In this document: positions 45,301 to 53,409 of the stretch, piece by piece
Numbering within the stretch: the stretch's first letter is position 1
How the letters are laid out: every line of letters starts with the position of its first letter
Assembly: GCA_015064025.1 (NCBI GenBank)
Contig: SVSZ01000002.1
Span: forward strand, 186-64,185
Length of the DNA: 64,000 bases
Reading direction: 5' to 3'
From: Oscillospiraceae bacterium
Lineage (GTDB): Bacteria; Bacillota; Clostridia; Oscillospirales; CAG-272
Program-made: the position numbers and the translations under genes
The notes under the pieces: generated by a model
Databases searched by the model: none
Told to the model about the DNA's origin: nothing
Seen by the model: only the letters and a program-made list of their open reading frames with translations

Positions 45301-46972
45301 CCGTACAACCAGAAAATGCATGATTACCGATACCCGTCAAACTCGATGGTATCTCAACATTCGTAAGTCCCGTACAACCTCGGAATGCGTAAGAATTGAT
45401 GTTCTCGACACTTTCCGGAATGATGAGCGACGTAATAAGTGCATCCTCTATATAAAGATTACCAGCATAGTGCAAAGGATTGGAAGTGTTTCCATCGAAT
45501 TCAATTTTGCACCATGCTAAAAGGTCTGTGGCGTGGACGGATGTAAGTCCTGTGCAACCGTAGAACGCACTGTCACCAATGCTCGTCACACTCGAAGGAA
45601 TCTCAACGCTAGTAAGTCCACTGCAATTATAAAACGCACGACCACCGATGTTCGTCCCCCCGGTGATGATCACTGTTTTTAAGGGAACGGGAATGCAATG
45701 GTCATTGGCAGAATATGACGATGCACCGAAAAGATATCCAAAATGCGTATTGGTGCTTCCATCCAAATTCGCACCCACAAATGGGATTGTCATGTGCTCA
45801 AGCCCTGTGCAACCATTGAAGGCAGAATTGCCCAAGGTTGTCACGCTATCGGGAATCTTAATGCTTGTAAGTCCCGTGCAGCCGTAGAACACATAAGAAC
45901 CGATGACCGTCAAACTCGATGGCATCTCGACATTTGTAAGTTCCTTGCAATCGTAGAACGCATAAGAACCAATGCTCGCCCCCCCGGTGATGACCACCGT
46001 CTTCAAGGAAGGCGGAACACACTCGGCATGTTCGGAATACGACGATGCACCGAAGATATATCCAAAATGCGTATTGGTGCTTCCATCTAAACTTGCACCT
46101 ACAAATGGGATCGTCAGGTGCTCAAGCCCCGTGCAACCATTGAAGGCAGAATTGCCCAAGGTTGTCACGCTGTCCGGGACGGTCACACTTTTCAACGTCG
46201 TGCAATTTTCAAAGGCACCGATTTGAATCTCTTTCACAGGAAGTTCTTCATGCTTGGAAGGGATGACAAGATCTTCATCCGTGCAACTGCCAATGCCGGC
46301 GACAATATAATATTCTCCATCATGCAACACGTACCGTAGCCCTTCGCCGGCTAACCGCTCGCACCATTTGCATTTGTCATTATCGTACACGTGACCGGTG
46401 ATTGCAATTTCTTTATACGTGCTATAATCACACCCATCACGTTGACAGGTTACATATGCATTCCAACCAACGGCTTTGCACGTTGCTTCCCGAGCCGCAT
46501 GCTGCTTTTCGTCATGCCCAAGGGCGCCGATAGATTGTGTTTCCACAACCTTGCCGCAGGAACACTTGAATTGCTTCTTCCCCTCTTCGGTACAGGTGGC
46601 CTCTTTCACCGTCACCCACTCCATGCCTTGGCACGTATGCTCTTCTCTGTCATCCTCCTCGGAATCACCGTCCTCCGGATCACAATTCTCGGAATCACCG
46701 TCGACAGGATTGCTTTGTGCGGAATCACTGTTCTCCGGATCATTATTCTCGAAATCATCGTCGACAGGATTGCTTTGTGTGGAATCACCTTGCACGGGCT
46801 CGCTTCCCTCGCCACCCGGGCGGTTGTCATTTTCATCCTTTGCGGATTGCTCATCGCCGCCCGGCAGCTGTCCTTTCCCTGTCTGTTCACCGCCGCAAGC
46901 GGTGAAACCGAAAGTTGCCAGAAGCAAAATTGCAACAAGCAGACATACGATTGCGTATTTCATCTTCTTCAT
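42368..46972 (-). CDS. Giant BspA-type leucine-rich-repeat surface lipoprotein (1534 aa)
   Basis: From N- to C-terminus:
- lipoprotein signal MKKMKYAIVCLLVAILLLATFGFTAC
- an acidic D/E/N/S repeat region
- a Cys-rich module
- more than 50 LRR units (IP.SVT.IG..AF..CTGLTS)
- a C-terminal WYAS..NATSGTSIPST..SNTGTAATHLK tail. Confidence 0.85.
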   Translation of the reverse strand: MKKMKYAIVCLLVAILLLATFGFTACGGEQTGKGQLPGGDEQSAKDENDNRPGGEGSEPVQGDSTQSNPVDDDFENNDPENSDSAQSNPVDGDSENCDPEDGDSEEDDREEHTCQGMEWVTVKEATCTEEGKKQFKCSCGKVVETQSIGALGHDEKQHAAREATCKAVGWNAYVTCQRDGCDYSTYKEIAITGHVYDNDKCKWCERLAGEGLRYVLHDGEYYIVAGIGSCTDEDLVIPSKHEELPVKEIQIGAFENCTTLKSVTVPDSVTTLGNSAFNGCTGLEHLTIPFVGASLDGSTNTHFGYIFGASSYSEHAECVPPSLKTVVITGGASIGSYAFYDCKELTNVEMPSSLTVIGSYVFYGCTGLTSIKIPDSVTTLGNSAFNGCTGLEHMTIPFVGANLDGSTNTHFGYLFGASSYSANDHCIPVPLKTVIITGGTNIGGRAFYNCSGLTSVEIPSSVTSIGDSAFYGCTGLTSVHATDLLAWCKIEFDGNTSNPLHYAGNLYIEDALITSLIIPESVENINSYAFRGCTGLTNVEIPSSLTGIGNHAFSGCTGLTSIQISGSVTTLGDSAFRYCTKLSEVTLGTSLRDIASYAFSDCTGLTSITIPDSVTTLGSYAFADCTKLSEVTLGTSLRDIGSYAFSDCTGLTSITIPDSVTTLGSYAFADCTKLSEVTLGTSLRDIGSYAFSGCTGLTSITIPDSVTTLGSYVFADCTKLSEATLGTSLRVIGSYAFSGCTRLSGIEIPSSVTSIGSSAFSGCTNLIQIENGVSYVEKWVIDCDTYVTNIILRTNTVGVANSAFMDCTRLTSIQIPDSVTNIGGCAFYNCSRLTSVDIPSGVTSIDSSTFYGCTGLTSIEIPASVTSVGSSAFYGCTGLTDISFPVNSRLKNIHYFAFKNCTGLTSISIPDSVTDIDSSAFSGCTGLTSIKLSAGLTQIGSLLTSCTKLERITIPFVSYNFGFLFGAPLDNYDKNFTYVPASLKTVVITGGANIDSYAFYNCRGLTTIRIPTSVTSIGDAAFSGCTGLTSITIPTSVTSIGYSAFSGCTGLTNITIPDSVTSIGSSAFYGCTHLIQIENGVSYVEKWAVGFDNSAASVVFRADTVGIADGLFMDCTGLTSIKIPDSVTTLGNWTFAYCTKLSEVTLGTSLRDIGSLAFKGCTGLTAVYIEDLAAWCKIKFYSRESNPLYYAGKLYVNNELVTTLSIPADVTSIEDYAFYGCTGLTGVSVPANSRLENIGSYAFGDCTGVISIEIPASVTSIGKSAFFGCTGITNMTLPFVGASRNGSSNTHFGYIFGASSYSNHSQRVPASLKTVVITGGSSIASYAFYGCTGLTSIEIPTSVTSIGKFAFFGCTGLTSISIPESVISIDSSAFSGCTKLVSITVTTGNSKYKVQGNCLIAIESRTLIWGCETSVIPTDGSVTIIGDYAFYNCTNLTSIKIPESVTSIGASAFKNCTGLTDIKIPASVTSIGSSAFSGCEGLTSVTFENPNGWWYASFSNATSGTSIPSTDLSNTGTAATHLKSTYSSYYWKRS
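44759..45310 (-). repeat. Four tandem 138-bp (46-aa, two-LRR) near-identical repeats inside the giant LRR gene
   Basis: The motif ggagaacgcataagaa recurs at 44759, 44897, 45035 and 45173, an exact 138-bp period. The encoded unit is VTLGTSLRDIGSYAFSDCTGLTSITIPDSVTTLGSYAFADCTKLSE. Confidence 0.9.
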
Positions 46973-47019
46973 GTCATAACCCTTTCAAAAAGCAATGCGA
47001 AATAAGTCCTAATTATTTT

Positions 47020-47223
47020 TCACGAGCGTTTCCGGTAATAACTCCAGTACGTATTCTTCAAATGCGTTGCCGCAGTCCCTGTATTGGAAAGCTCGGTACT
47101 CGGGATGCTCGTTCCGCTTGTTGCGTTCGAGGAACTTGCATACCAACAGCCGCTGGAAGTTTCAAAGGTCACACTTGGCAGGTTCTCGCAACCGGAGAAC
47201 GCATGTCTGCCGATGCGCATCAC
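47020..47223 (-). pseudogene. Orphan 3'-terminal fragment of a BspA-type LRR gene, a paralogue of 42368..42560
   Basis: The 67-aa ORF (..IGRHAFSGCENLPSVTFETSSGCWYASSSNATSGTSIPSTELSNTGTAATHLKNTYWSYYRKRS) is collinear with the last ~62 codons of the giant gene. By manual alignment it is about 90% nt identical with no indels. It has no RBS, and homology ends abruptly at its 5' side. Confidence 0.65.
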
Positions 47224-47305
47224 ACTGTTACCTTTGCTCTTTTTACTGCGTCGAATGACATATTCGGTGCAGTTTTCAACACTGATTCATTATATATTAC
47301 AGCCC

Positions 47306-48283
47306 CTACCATTTCGTCTTCTTTTTGAGCACCTCGTGGATCTCCAGAAAGCTTTGATGACGGCTTTTGGGGATCTCGCCCGATCTCACGGCACCGAGGA
47401 TGGCACAGCCCTCCTCCTTGGTGTGAGAGCACTTTGTATAGCGGCACTCGCCGATGTAAGGGCGAAACTCACGGAAATTGAGCGGCAGATCGTCCTTGTC
47501 GAAAAAATCGAACCGCTCAAAATCCAGCATGGTAAAGCCGGGCGTGTCGGCAATATAGCCGTGATCCTCCCCATCGGGAAGCGGATACAGCTCCACGTGG
47601 CGCGTGGTATTTTTTCCGCGCCCGATGCGCTTGCTGATCTCCCCCGTCGTAAGGGAAAGATGCGGGAAAAGGCGGTTGAGAAGCGTGGATTTTCCAACCC
47701 CCGACGCCCCCGAAAAAGCGGCAGTCCTGCCGCCTCCCAGCGTTTCCTTCATATAGGTGATGAGCGCCTCGCTTCCGTCCGCAAGCTCAGCCCCCGTAGA
47801 AAGCACACAAAAGCCTGCGCGACGATAGATGTCGCGAAGACGCGCGGCATTCTCCGCCGAAAGATCGCATTTGGTAAGCACCACGACGGGCTCGATACGG
47901 TTAAATTCGGCAATGGCGATCAGTTTATCCACAGTGGAGAGGATCGGATCGGGAGATGCGACGGCAACCGTCACAAACAGCACGTCCAGATTTGCCATCG
48001 GCGGACGGATGAGAGAATTCTTGCGTTCCTCGATCTCCTCGATGGAAAGACCTCTGCCGTCCTCTGCGGGAAGGATGCTCCCGTCCCGTTCGGAAAAAGC
48101 AGTGCCGTCATAGCTCACGCGAACGAGATCTCCCACCAAAAGAGAGCCTGCGCGATGCAGACTTCCGCGCGCGCGTCCCGTAACGGTCATCCCGTCAAGA
48201 GGACTCCCGTCTTCTTTTTTGTCCAAGCGCACGGTGAAAAGTCCGCCGTTGCTTTTGATCACTCTTCCCCGTCCTTCGTACAT
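47306..48283 (-). CDS. rsgA: Ribosome small-subunit-dependent GTPase A
   Basis: Start trimmed to ATG 48283 after AAGAGGAAAG. Contains GASGVGKSTLLNRL and the Zn motif C..YTKCSHTKEEGC. Confidence 0.9.
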   Translation of the reverse strand: MYEGRGRVIKSNGGLFTVRLDKKEDGSPLDGMTVTGRARGSLHRAGSLLVGDLVRVSYDGTAFSERDGSILPAEDGRGLSIEEIEERKNSLIRPPMANLDVLFVTVAVASPDPILSTVDKLIAIAEFNRIEPVVVLTKCDLSAENAARLRDIYRRAGFCVLSTGAELADGSEALITYMKETLGGGRTAAFSGASGVGKSTLLNRLFPHLSLTTGEISKRIGRGKNTTRHVELYPLPDGEDHGYIADTPGFTMLDFERFDFFDKDDLPLNFREFRPYIGECRYTKCSHTKEEGCAILGAVRSGEIPKSRHQSFLEIHEVLKKKTKW

Positions 48284-48361
48284 AAGCTTTCCTCTTTTCA
48301 TTTCATGAGAATGTCCGCCGCCCCTTCACGCCCACTCCGCGCATCGTTCCACCTTGCACCC

Positions 48362-48532
48362 TTAGGGCATGCGATCAATGCAAGACAGGGAAAATTGCGC
48401 GCTCTCGCCCCACTGCGTGAGAGCAAAGAGACAGTCAACAAGGATCCAGCAGATCGCAAGGAAGAGAAGCGCCGAGATCAGCGCCGTCATTCTCCAGGCA
48501 AAAAGCGAATCCTTCTCATTTCGTTTTTTCAT
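48362..48532 (-). CDS. Small hypothetical membrane protein (56 aa)
   Basis: ATG at 48532 preceded by GGAGG with a 5-nt spacer. The product is MKKRNEKDSLFAWRMTALISALLFLAICWILVDCLFALTQW... with one TM. It is the only plausible part of track ORF 48362..49054. Confidence 0.5.
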   Translation of the reverse strand: MKKRNEKDSLFAWRMTALISALLFLAICWILVDCLFALTQWGESAQFSLSCIDRMP

Positions 48533-48599
48533 TGACACCTCCATCATTCGGTTATGTATGGAAATGTCGGCACACGGGTATTTTCCTACACGGAAAATT

Positions 48600-49664
48600 T
48601 TATGTGTTCTTGCCGTGCTGACGCCGTAACTGCCCGCAGGAGGCGTTGATATCGGCACCGAGCTTACGTCTGACCGTCGCGCGGATGCCGCGAGCTTCAA
48701 GCACACGGGCAAACGCCGCAACCGCTTGCTTTCCGGAGCGCTTGAATTCGGTCTCCTCCACCTCGTTGACCGGGATGAGATTGACGTGGATCGGCATTCC
48801 CTCCCGCTTTGAGCGCAAGCGGGTATTGAGAAGCGTTGCCAGCTTCTCCGCAAGCGCGGGAGAATCGTTCTTTCCCGCAATGAGCGTGTACTCAAAGGAG
48901 ATCCTGCGTCCCGTACGTGCATAATATTTGCGACATGCTTCAAGCAAAGCATCCACACCGTATTTGCGGTTGATGGGCATGATCGCCGAGCGCGTCTCGT
49001 CGTCGGGAGCGTGAAGAGAGATCGACAGAGTAATGGGAAGATCCTCCGCAGCAAGCCGCTCGATCCCCTCTACAAGACCGCAGGTCGAAAGGGAGATGTG
49101 TCGGTAGCCGATATTCAGCCCTCCCTCGCAATTGACGAGATGCAAAAATTTCAATACGTTGTCATAGTTGTCAAGCGGCTCTCCGATCCCCATCATGACG
49201 ATATTGGAGATCCGCTCTCCCATATCCTTCTGTGCCGCGATCACCTGCCCCAAAAGCTCTGCTGCAGAAAGATCTCTCACGCGTCCTCCGATGGTGGAGG
49301 CGCAGAATTTACAGCCCATGCGGCACCCCACCTGCGATGAGATGCAGATGGTGTTTCCGTGCTCGTAGCGCATCACGACACTCTCGACACAGTGACCGTC
49401 ATAAAGTCCGAAAAGGTATTTTACAGTGCCGTCGATCGCGGACACGAGCTTCATCTCCACCGTGGGAAGATGGTAGCGGGTATCGGAAAGAAGCTTTTCC
49501 TTAAGTGACCGCCCGACGTTCGTCATATCCTCGGGAGAAAGCCCCCGATGCAATTGGGGAAAGATCTGGGCGGCGCGGAATTTCGCCTCCCCGTGCGAGA
49601 GCATCCACGCCTCCAATTCCGCAGGAAGCATAGAAAGCAATTCCGTTTTTTCTTCCGTCACCAT
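48600..49664 (-). CDS. rlmN: 23S rRNA/tRNA A2503 methyltransferase RlmN (radical SAM)
   Basis: 354 aa. Contains CISSQVGCRMGCKFCAST and a C-terminal CGQL. Confidence 0.93.
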   Translation of the reverse strand: MVTEEKTELLSMLPAELEAWMLSHGEAKFRAAQIFPQLHRGLSPEDMTNVGRSLKEKLLSDTRYHLPTVEMKLVSAIDGTVKYLFGLYDGHCVESVVMRYEHGNTICISSQVGCRMGCKFCASTIGGRVRDLSAAELLGQVIAAQKDMGERISNIVMMGIGEPLDNYDNVLKFLHLVNCEGGLNIGYRHISLSTCGLVEGIERLAAEDLPITLSISLHAPDDETRSAIMPINRKYGVDALLEACRKYYARTGRRISFEYTLIAGKNDSPALAEKLATLLNTRLRSKREGMPIHVNLIPVNEVEETEFKRSGKQAVAAFARVLEARGIRATVRRKLGADINASCGQLRRQHGKNT

Positions 49665-49707
49665 ACGCGCCCTCCCTTCTATTTTGTATTGCGTTTACTC
49701 TTTTTAT

Positions 49708-50988
49708 TTATGATCTTTTTTCCATCACGGCAAAATAGAAGCCGTCCGTCATGTCCGTATCGGGATAAAGCGTGCGCTCCTCGAGAAGCGAAAATTCCGC
49801 ATGACGGGACAAAAATTTTGCCACGTTCTCCCCGTTCTCCGCGGGAAGCAGGGTGCAGGTCGAATATATGAGCCTGCCGCCGTCCTTTACGTAACGGGAG
49901 GCGTTTTCCAATATATCACTCTGGATCGCGGGAAGCGCGTCCGAATGCGTTGCATCCTTATATCTGAGCTCCGGCTTCTTTGAAAAAACACCGAAGCCCG
50001 AGCAGGGCACGTCGCAAAGCACACGGTCAAAGGAGCCGACAAGCTCCTCACGCGTCACCCTTGCGTCCGCCGCCAGCGTACGGATCGAGGTGATGCCAAG
50101 ACGCGAAGCCCCCGCTGAAACGAGAGAGAGCTTGTTTGCGTGCAGATCGCAGGAAAGCACCTCTCCGCGGTCCTCCATATCGATGGCAACACCGAAGGAT
50201 TTGGAGCCGGGACATGCACACGTGTCCAGCACACGCATGCCCACCCTCGCGTCCAGTGCGCGCACCGCCAGCTGGGACGCCTCGTCCTGTACAAAGAAAA
50301 ATCCCTCGGAAAAGCCGTAAAGCTGTGTGACGGGGATCTTATCAAGAATACGGATGCCACCCTCACTCCCTGCGGTCTTCTCCGCGCGGATTCCACTCGA
50401 TGCATATGTCTCCATAAGCTCATCACGCGTCACGCGCAGCGTATTGACTCGGAGAGTGAGCGGCGGTTCCTTTGAAAAAGCGGAAAACAGCGCCTCGGTC
50501 CTTTCCATGCCGTATGCGGCAAGGAAGCGTGCGGCAATGCTTTCCGAAAAGGAATACTTCACGGAGAGATAGGAAACGGGGCGATCCTCGCGCGCAGGGC
50601 ACGGGAAGGTCTTTCCTCGCCTTGAAAACTCACGCAGGATCGCGTTGACAAAGCCGCGCGCACGGCGCGGCACCATGGAAACGCTTTCATTGACGGCGGC
50701 GTGGTCGGGCACCCGATCCATGAACGCCATCTGATAGAGCCCAAGACGCAGCGCTGTGCGCACCTCGGGAGAAATATCGCCGACGCGTCCCGAAGTAAGC
50801 GAATCGATGCAGGCATCAAGAGTCAGCCGACGCTCCAGCACGCCGTAAACGAGCGCGGTCAAAAACGCGCGGTCAACGTCGGAAAGCGCATGCCGCTTGA
50901 TCGCCGTGTCGAGGGCAATGTTGGAATATCCGTCTGCCGCCTCGCACCGATCCAGGACGCTTGCGGCGATCCTTCTTGCGTCATCCAT
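49708..50988 (-). CDS. rsmB: 16S rRNA m5C967 methyltransferase RsmB
   Basis: 426 aa with an N-terminal NusB-like domain and the SAM-methyltransferase motifs DTCACPGSK and DVPCSG. Confidence 0.9.
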   Translation of the reverse strand: MDDARRIAASVLDRCEAADGYSNIALDTAIKRHALSDVDRAFLTALVYGVLERRLTLDACIDSLTSGRVGDISPEVRTALRLGLYQMAFMDRVPDHAAVNESVSMVPRRARGFVNAILREFSRRGKTFPCPAREDRPVSYLSVKYSFSESIAARFLAAYGMERTEALFSAFSKEPPLTLRVNTLRVTRDELMETYASSGIRAEKTAGSEGGIRILDKIPVTQLYGFSEGFFFVQDEASQLAVRALDARVGMRVLDTCACPGSKSFGVAIDMEDRGEVLSCDLHANKLSLVSAGASRLGITSIRTLAADARVTREELVGSFDRVLCDVPCSGFGVFSKKPELRYKDATHSDALPAIQSDILENASRYVKDGGRLIYSTCTLLPAENGENVAKFLSRHAEFSLLEERTLYPDTDMTDGFYFAVMEKRS

Positions 50989-51724
50989 CCGTCAGCCCTC
51001 CCACGTAGCCGTCCAGCGCCTCGACGTCCGCCGCTGAGAGCTTCTGCTCGATCCACTTTGCTTCATCGTCGAAAAGGCACAGCGTCCCATAGGATTGTTC
51101 CCTGTAATCCAGGTCCTCAAGATAGTAAATATCGGCAAACACGCCCACCGTGTGCGCCTCCATCGGAACGTCCTCGAAAACGTACCGATAGTACGTATAA
51201 AGCGAGGTCGTTTCGCGGCGGGTCAATTCCGCCGTCGGATAGTAGCGCTTGATCTCAAGGCAGTCGGGGGTCGTTCCGTCGTCGGTATAATTGTCCTCTC
51301 TGACGTCGGGCGTCAGATCCACGGCGGTCGTGACCGTCACGTCGAAATAGGTGCCCGCCTTGTCGGGCGTCTCGGGAAGACCGTAATCGGCGGCAAGGTG
51401 TCCGAGCGTGCTGTTATTGTAACGAAAGACCAATTGTATCTGATTCGCCTGTGGAATAAAGACGTATTGCGTCACGGAAAAGTATCCCGAATTGTGCTCT
51501 GCCCTTGTGATGGTCGTCTGGTTCTGGTAGCGCATCAGAAGCGCGTCTCCCTCACGCTCGTAGACCTCGCAGAGTGCATCGTTCGGAATAAGCACGCCGA
51601 TGCTGTCGGGGTCGCGCGAGGTCACCATTCTCCAGATGAGCACACCGCAAACGGAAAACACAAGAAGAACCGCGGTGAGCTTGATGATGCGCCCGATGAT
51701 GCGCGGAGTACGGCTGTTCGGCAT
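50981..51724 (-). CDS. Hypothetical membrane-anchored protein
   Basis: 247 aa with a single N-terminal TM (IIKLTAVLLVFSVCGVLIW). The RBS is AAGGGAGAA, and the gene overlaps the rsmB start by 8 nt. I recognise no family. Confidence 0.6.
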   Translation of the reverse strand: MPNSRTPRIIGRIIKLTAVLLVFSVCGVLIWRMVTSRDPDSIGVLIPNDALCEVYEREGDALLMRYQNQTTITRAEHNSGYFSVTQYVFIPQANQIQLVFRYNNSTLGHLAADYGLPETPDKAGTYFDVTVTTAVDLTPDVREDNYTDDGTTPDCLEIKRYYPTAELTRRETTSLYTYYRYVFEDVPMEAHTVGVFADIYYLEDLDYREQSYGTLCLFDDEAKWIEQKLSAADVEALDGYVGGLTDG

Positions 51725-51801
51725 ATCCTATTCTCCCTTCATGATCAGTTTTTTTCAAATGCCGGGCAAGGGCAACGCCCATGCGCACGGGTGTATCTTT
51801 T

Positions 51802-53400
51802 TCACGCCCTTCGAACCTCTGTCGCAACGCGTTGATAATCGTTGGTAAGAATGGTGTCGATGCCCATGTCAAGCATACGGCGGGCATCGGCGGGAGTATC
51901 GCAATAGAAATAATTGCACTTGATCCCATGCGCGTGTGCCTTGTCGATCATCTCCTGATTGTAGTACTGCATGAAGAGCTGTACCTTCTTGCAGCCGTAT
52001 TCAATGGCATTGTCCACGATCCTCCACGGCTCCGTTCCCGAGCCGGCACAGCGCGCGATGTCGGGTGCCATGCTCCGCAATTGCCCGAGGATCGTGCAGT
52101 TGCCCGTCATAAAGTACACGTGCTTTTCGCAGTCGTAGGCACGGATCAGACCGATGATCCTTTGAAGCAGTGCTTCATCGTAGGCACAAACGTCGTCCAC
52201 CGCCTTGATATGAATGTTCATAACCGTGTGGCAAGCAAATTTTTTGAGGATCTCTTCAAAGCGTAGGATGCGAAGTCCCGTGAATTCCTCCCCGAATTTC
52301 ACACCGAAATCAAGCTTAAGAAGCTCCTCATAGGTATAGTCGTAAACGTGCCCCGTACCGTCCGACACGCGGTCCAGTCGGTCGTCGTGAATGGAAACGA
52401 TCTCGCCGTCCTTCGTATACCAAAGGTCAAACTCGATCTCCTCCGCACCCATCGCCACAGCAGCACCGAAGGCAGGCAGACTGTTTTCGGGAGCGATCGT
52501 ATTAAAGCCGCGGTGCGCACACACACGGGGGTAAGGGAGCTTTTCGTCGTCCCGGATGATGGCACTGCCCGCAGGGCGGTACTTCCAGGGACGCCTTCCC
52601 TGTTCGATGTATTCGTAGTGCGCCGCAGGGGGATTCCCAAAGCCCGCCGGCTTGTAGTACTTCTCGTGCGGATCGAATTCCGCCGTCGCCATACCGACGC
52701 GGCTGCCCATATTGACGAGCACCTCGCCGCGGGGACTGACGATCATGGAAGCACCGCCCACGTCGCTTCCCTCATCCATGCTGACCGAGGCGCGCACAAC
52801 GTAGGCATTCGTATTGTAAGCGCAGAATTTCGTCATCGTCTCAAGAGCGGAGTGCAGGTCACTGCGCTGATGCGAGCAACCGATGATCACGTCCACCCCT
52901 TCACGGGAGATCCGCGCAAAGCTTTCATAAAAATAAAAATCGTAGCAGGTGAGAAAGCCGTATCTCACGCCGTCCACGGTCACAACGGTGGGAGCGGAAA
53001 ACTCATAGGTATAGCCCGCGTCCTTCTCCATTTTGTGCTCCTCGCCGTGCGTCAGATGCTCCTTGCAGTAGTATCCGACCTCGTTGCCCGCACGGTCGAT
53101 CGCAAACGTCGTGTTGCGCGGTCCCGTGGGGGTATCCTTCGTCATGTTGAGGAAAACGACCGCATCACAGCGGCGTGCGGTCTCCTTTGCCTTTTCAAGA
53201 AGGCGCGGAGCAAACGTCCGATAGGCACCGTACCACTCCTCCTTGGTTCGCGCGAGCGCGGGTGTGTCAACGGATTCGGGAAGGACGATGAGATCCATGC
53301 TGCGGTCGCAACGGTCAAGCGCGTCCATTTCCCACAAAAAAAGTGCCTCGCTCTCGGAGTAGTCCGTCGAATAATGCGGCTGTATGATACAAGCTTTCAT
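51802..53400 (-). CDS. Fusion protein: carbon-nitrogen hydrolase (nitrilase superfamily) + glycerophosphodiester phosphodiesterase (GDPD) domain
   Basis: The N-terminal half carries CN-hydrolase motifs (LIVLPES; LTCYDFYF). The C-terminal half carries GDPD motifs (CAHRGFNTIAPENSLPAF; EIEFDLWYTKDGEIVSIHDD). The RBS is GAGGAG. Confidence 0.8.
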   Translation of the reverse strand: MKACIIQPHYSTDYSESEALFLWEMDALDRCDRSMDLIVLPESVDTPALARTKEEWYGAYRTFAPRLLEKAKETARRCDAVVFLNMTKDTPTGPRNTTFAIDRAGNEVGYYCKEHLTHGEEHKMEKDAGYTYEFSAPTVVTVDGVRYGFLTCYDFYFYESFARISREGVDVIIGCSHQRSDLHSALETMTKFCAYNTNAYVVRASVSMDEGSDVGGASMIVSPRGEVLVNMGSRVGMATAEFDPHEKYYKPAGFGNPPAAHYEYIEQGRRPWKYRPAGSAIIRDDEKLPYPRVCAHRGFNTIAPENSLPAFGAAVAMGAEEIEFDLWYTKDGEIVSIHDDRLDRVSDGTGHVYDYTYEELLKLDFGVKFGEEFTGLRILRFEEILKKFACHTVMNIHIKAVDDVCAYDEALLQRIIGLIRAYDCEKHVYFMTGNCTILGQLRSMAPDIARCAGSGTEPWRIVDNAIEYGCKKVQLFMQYYNQEMIDKAHAHGIKCNYFYCDTPADARRMLDMGIDTILTNDYQRVATEVRRA

Positions 53401-53409
53401 GTTTTCTCC

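Noticed and set aside
42368-47223. A diversity-generating retroelement: the Avd-like gene at 4542..4889, with the duplicated C-terminal segment acting as a VR/TR pair.
   Set aside because: No reverse transcriptase ORF exists anywhere in the window. The Avd-like gene is ~38 kb from the repeats. The mismatches between the two copies involve all four bases (g>c, c>t, a>g, t>a, t>c, g>t ...) rather than being confined to adenine positions of one copy.
48533-49054. The upstream part of the 230-aa ORF 48362..49054.
   Set aside because: It overlaps rlmN out of frame and is Arg/Ser/Pro-rich. Only the last 56 codons, from an RBS-preceded ATG at 48532, are plausible.
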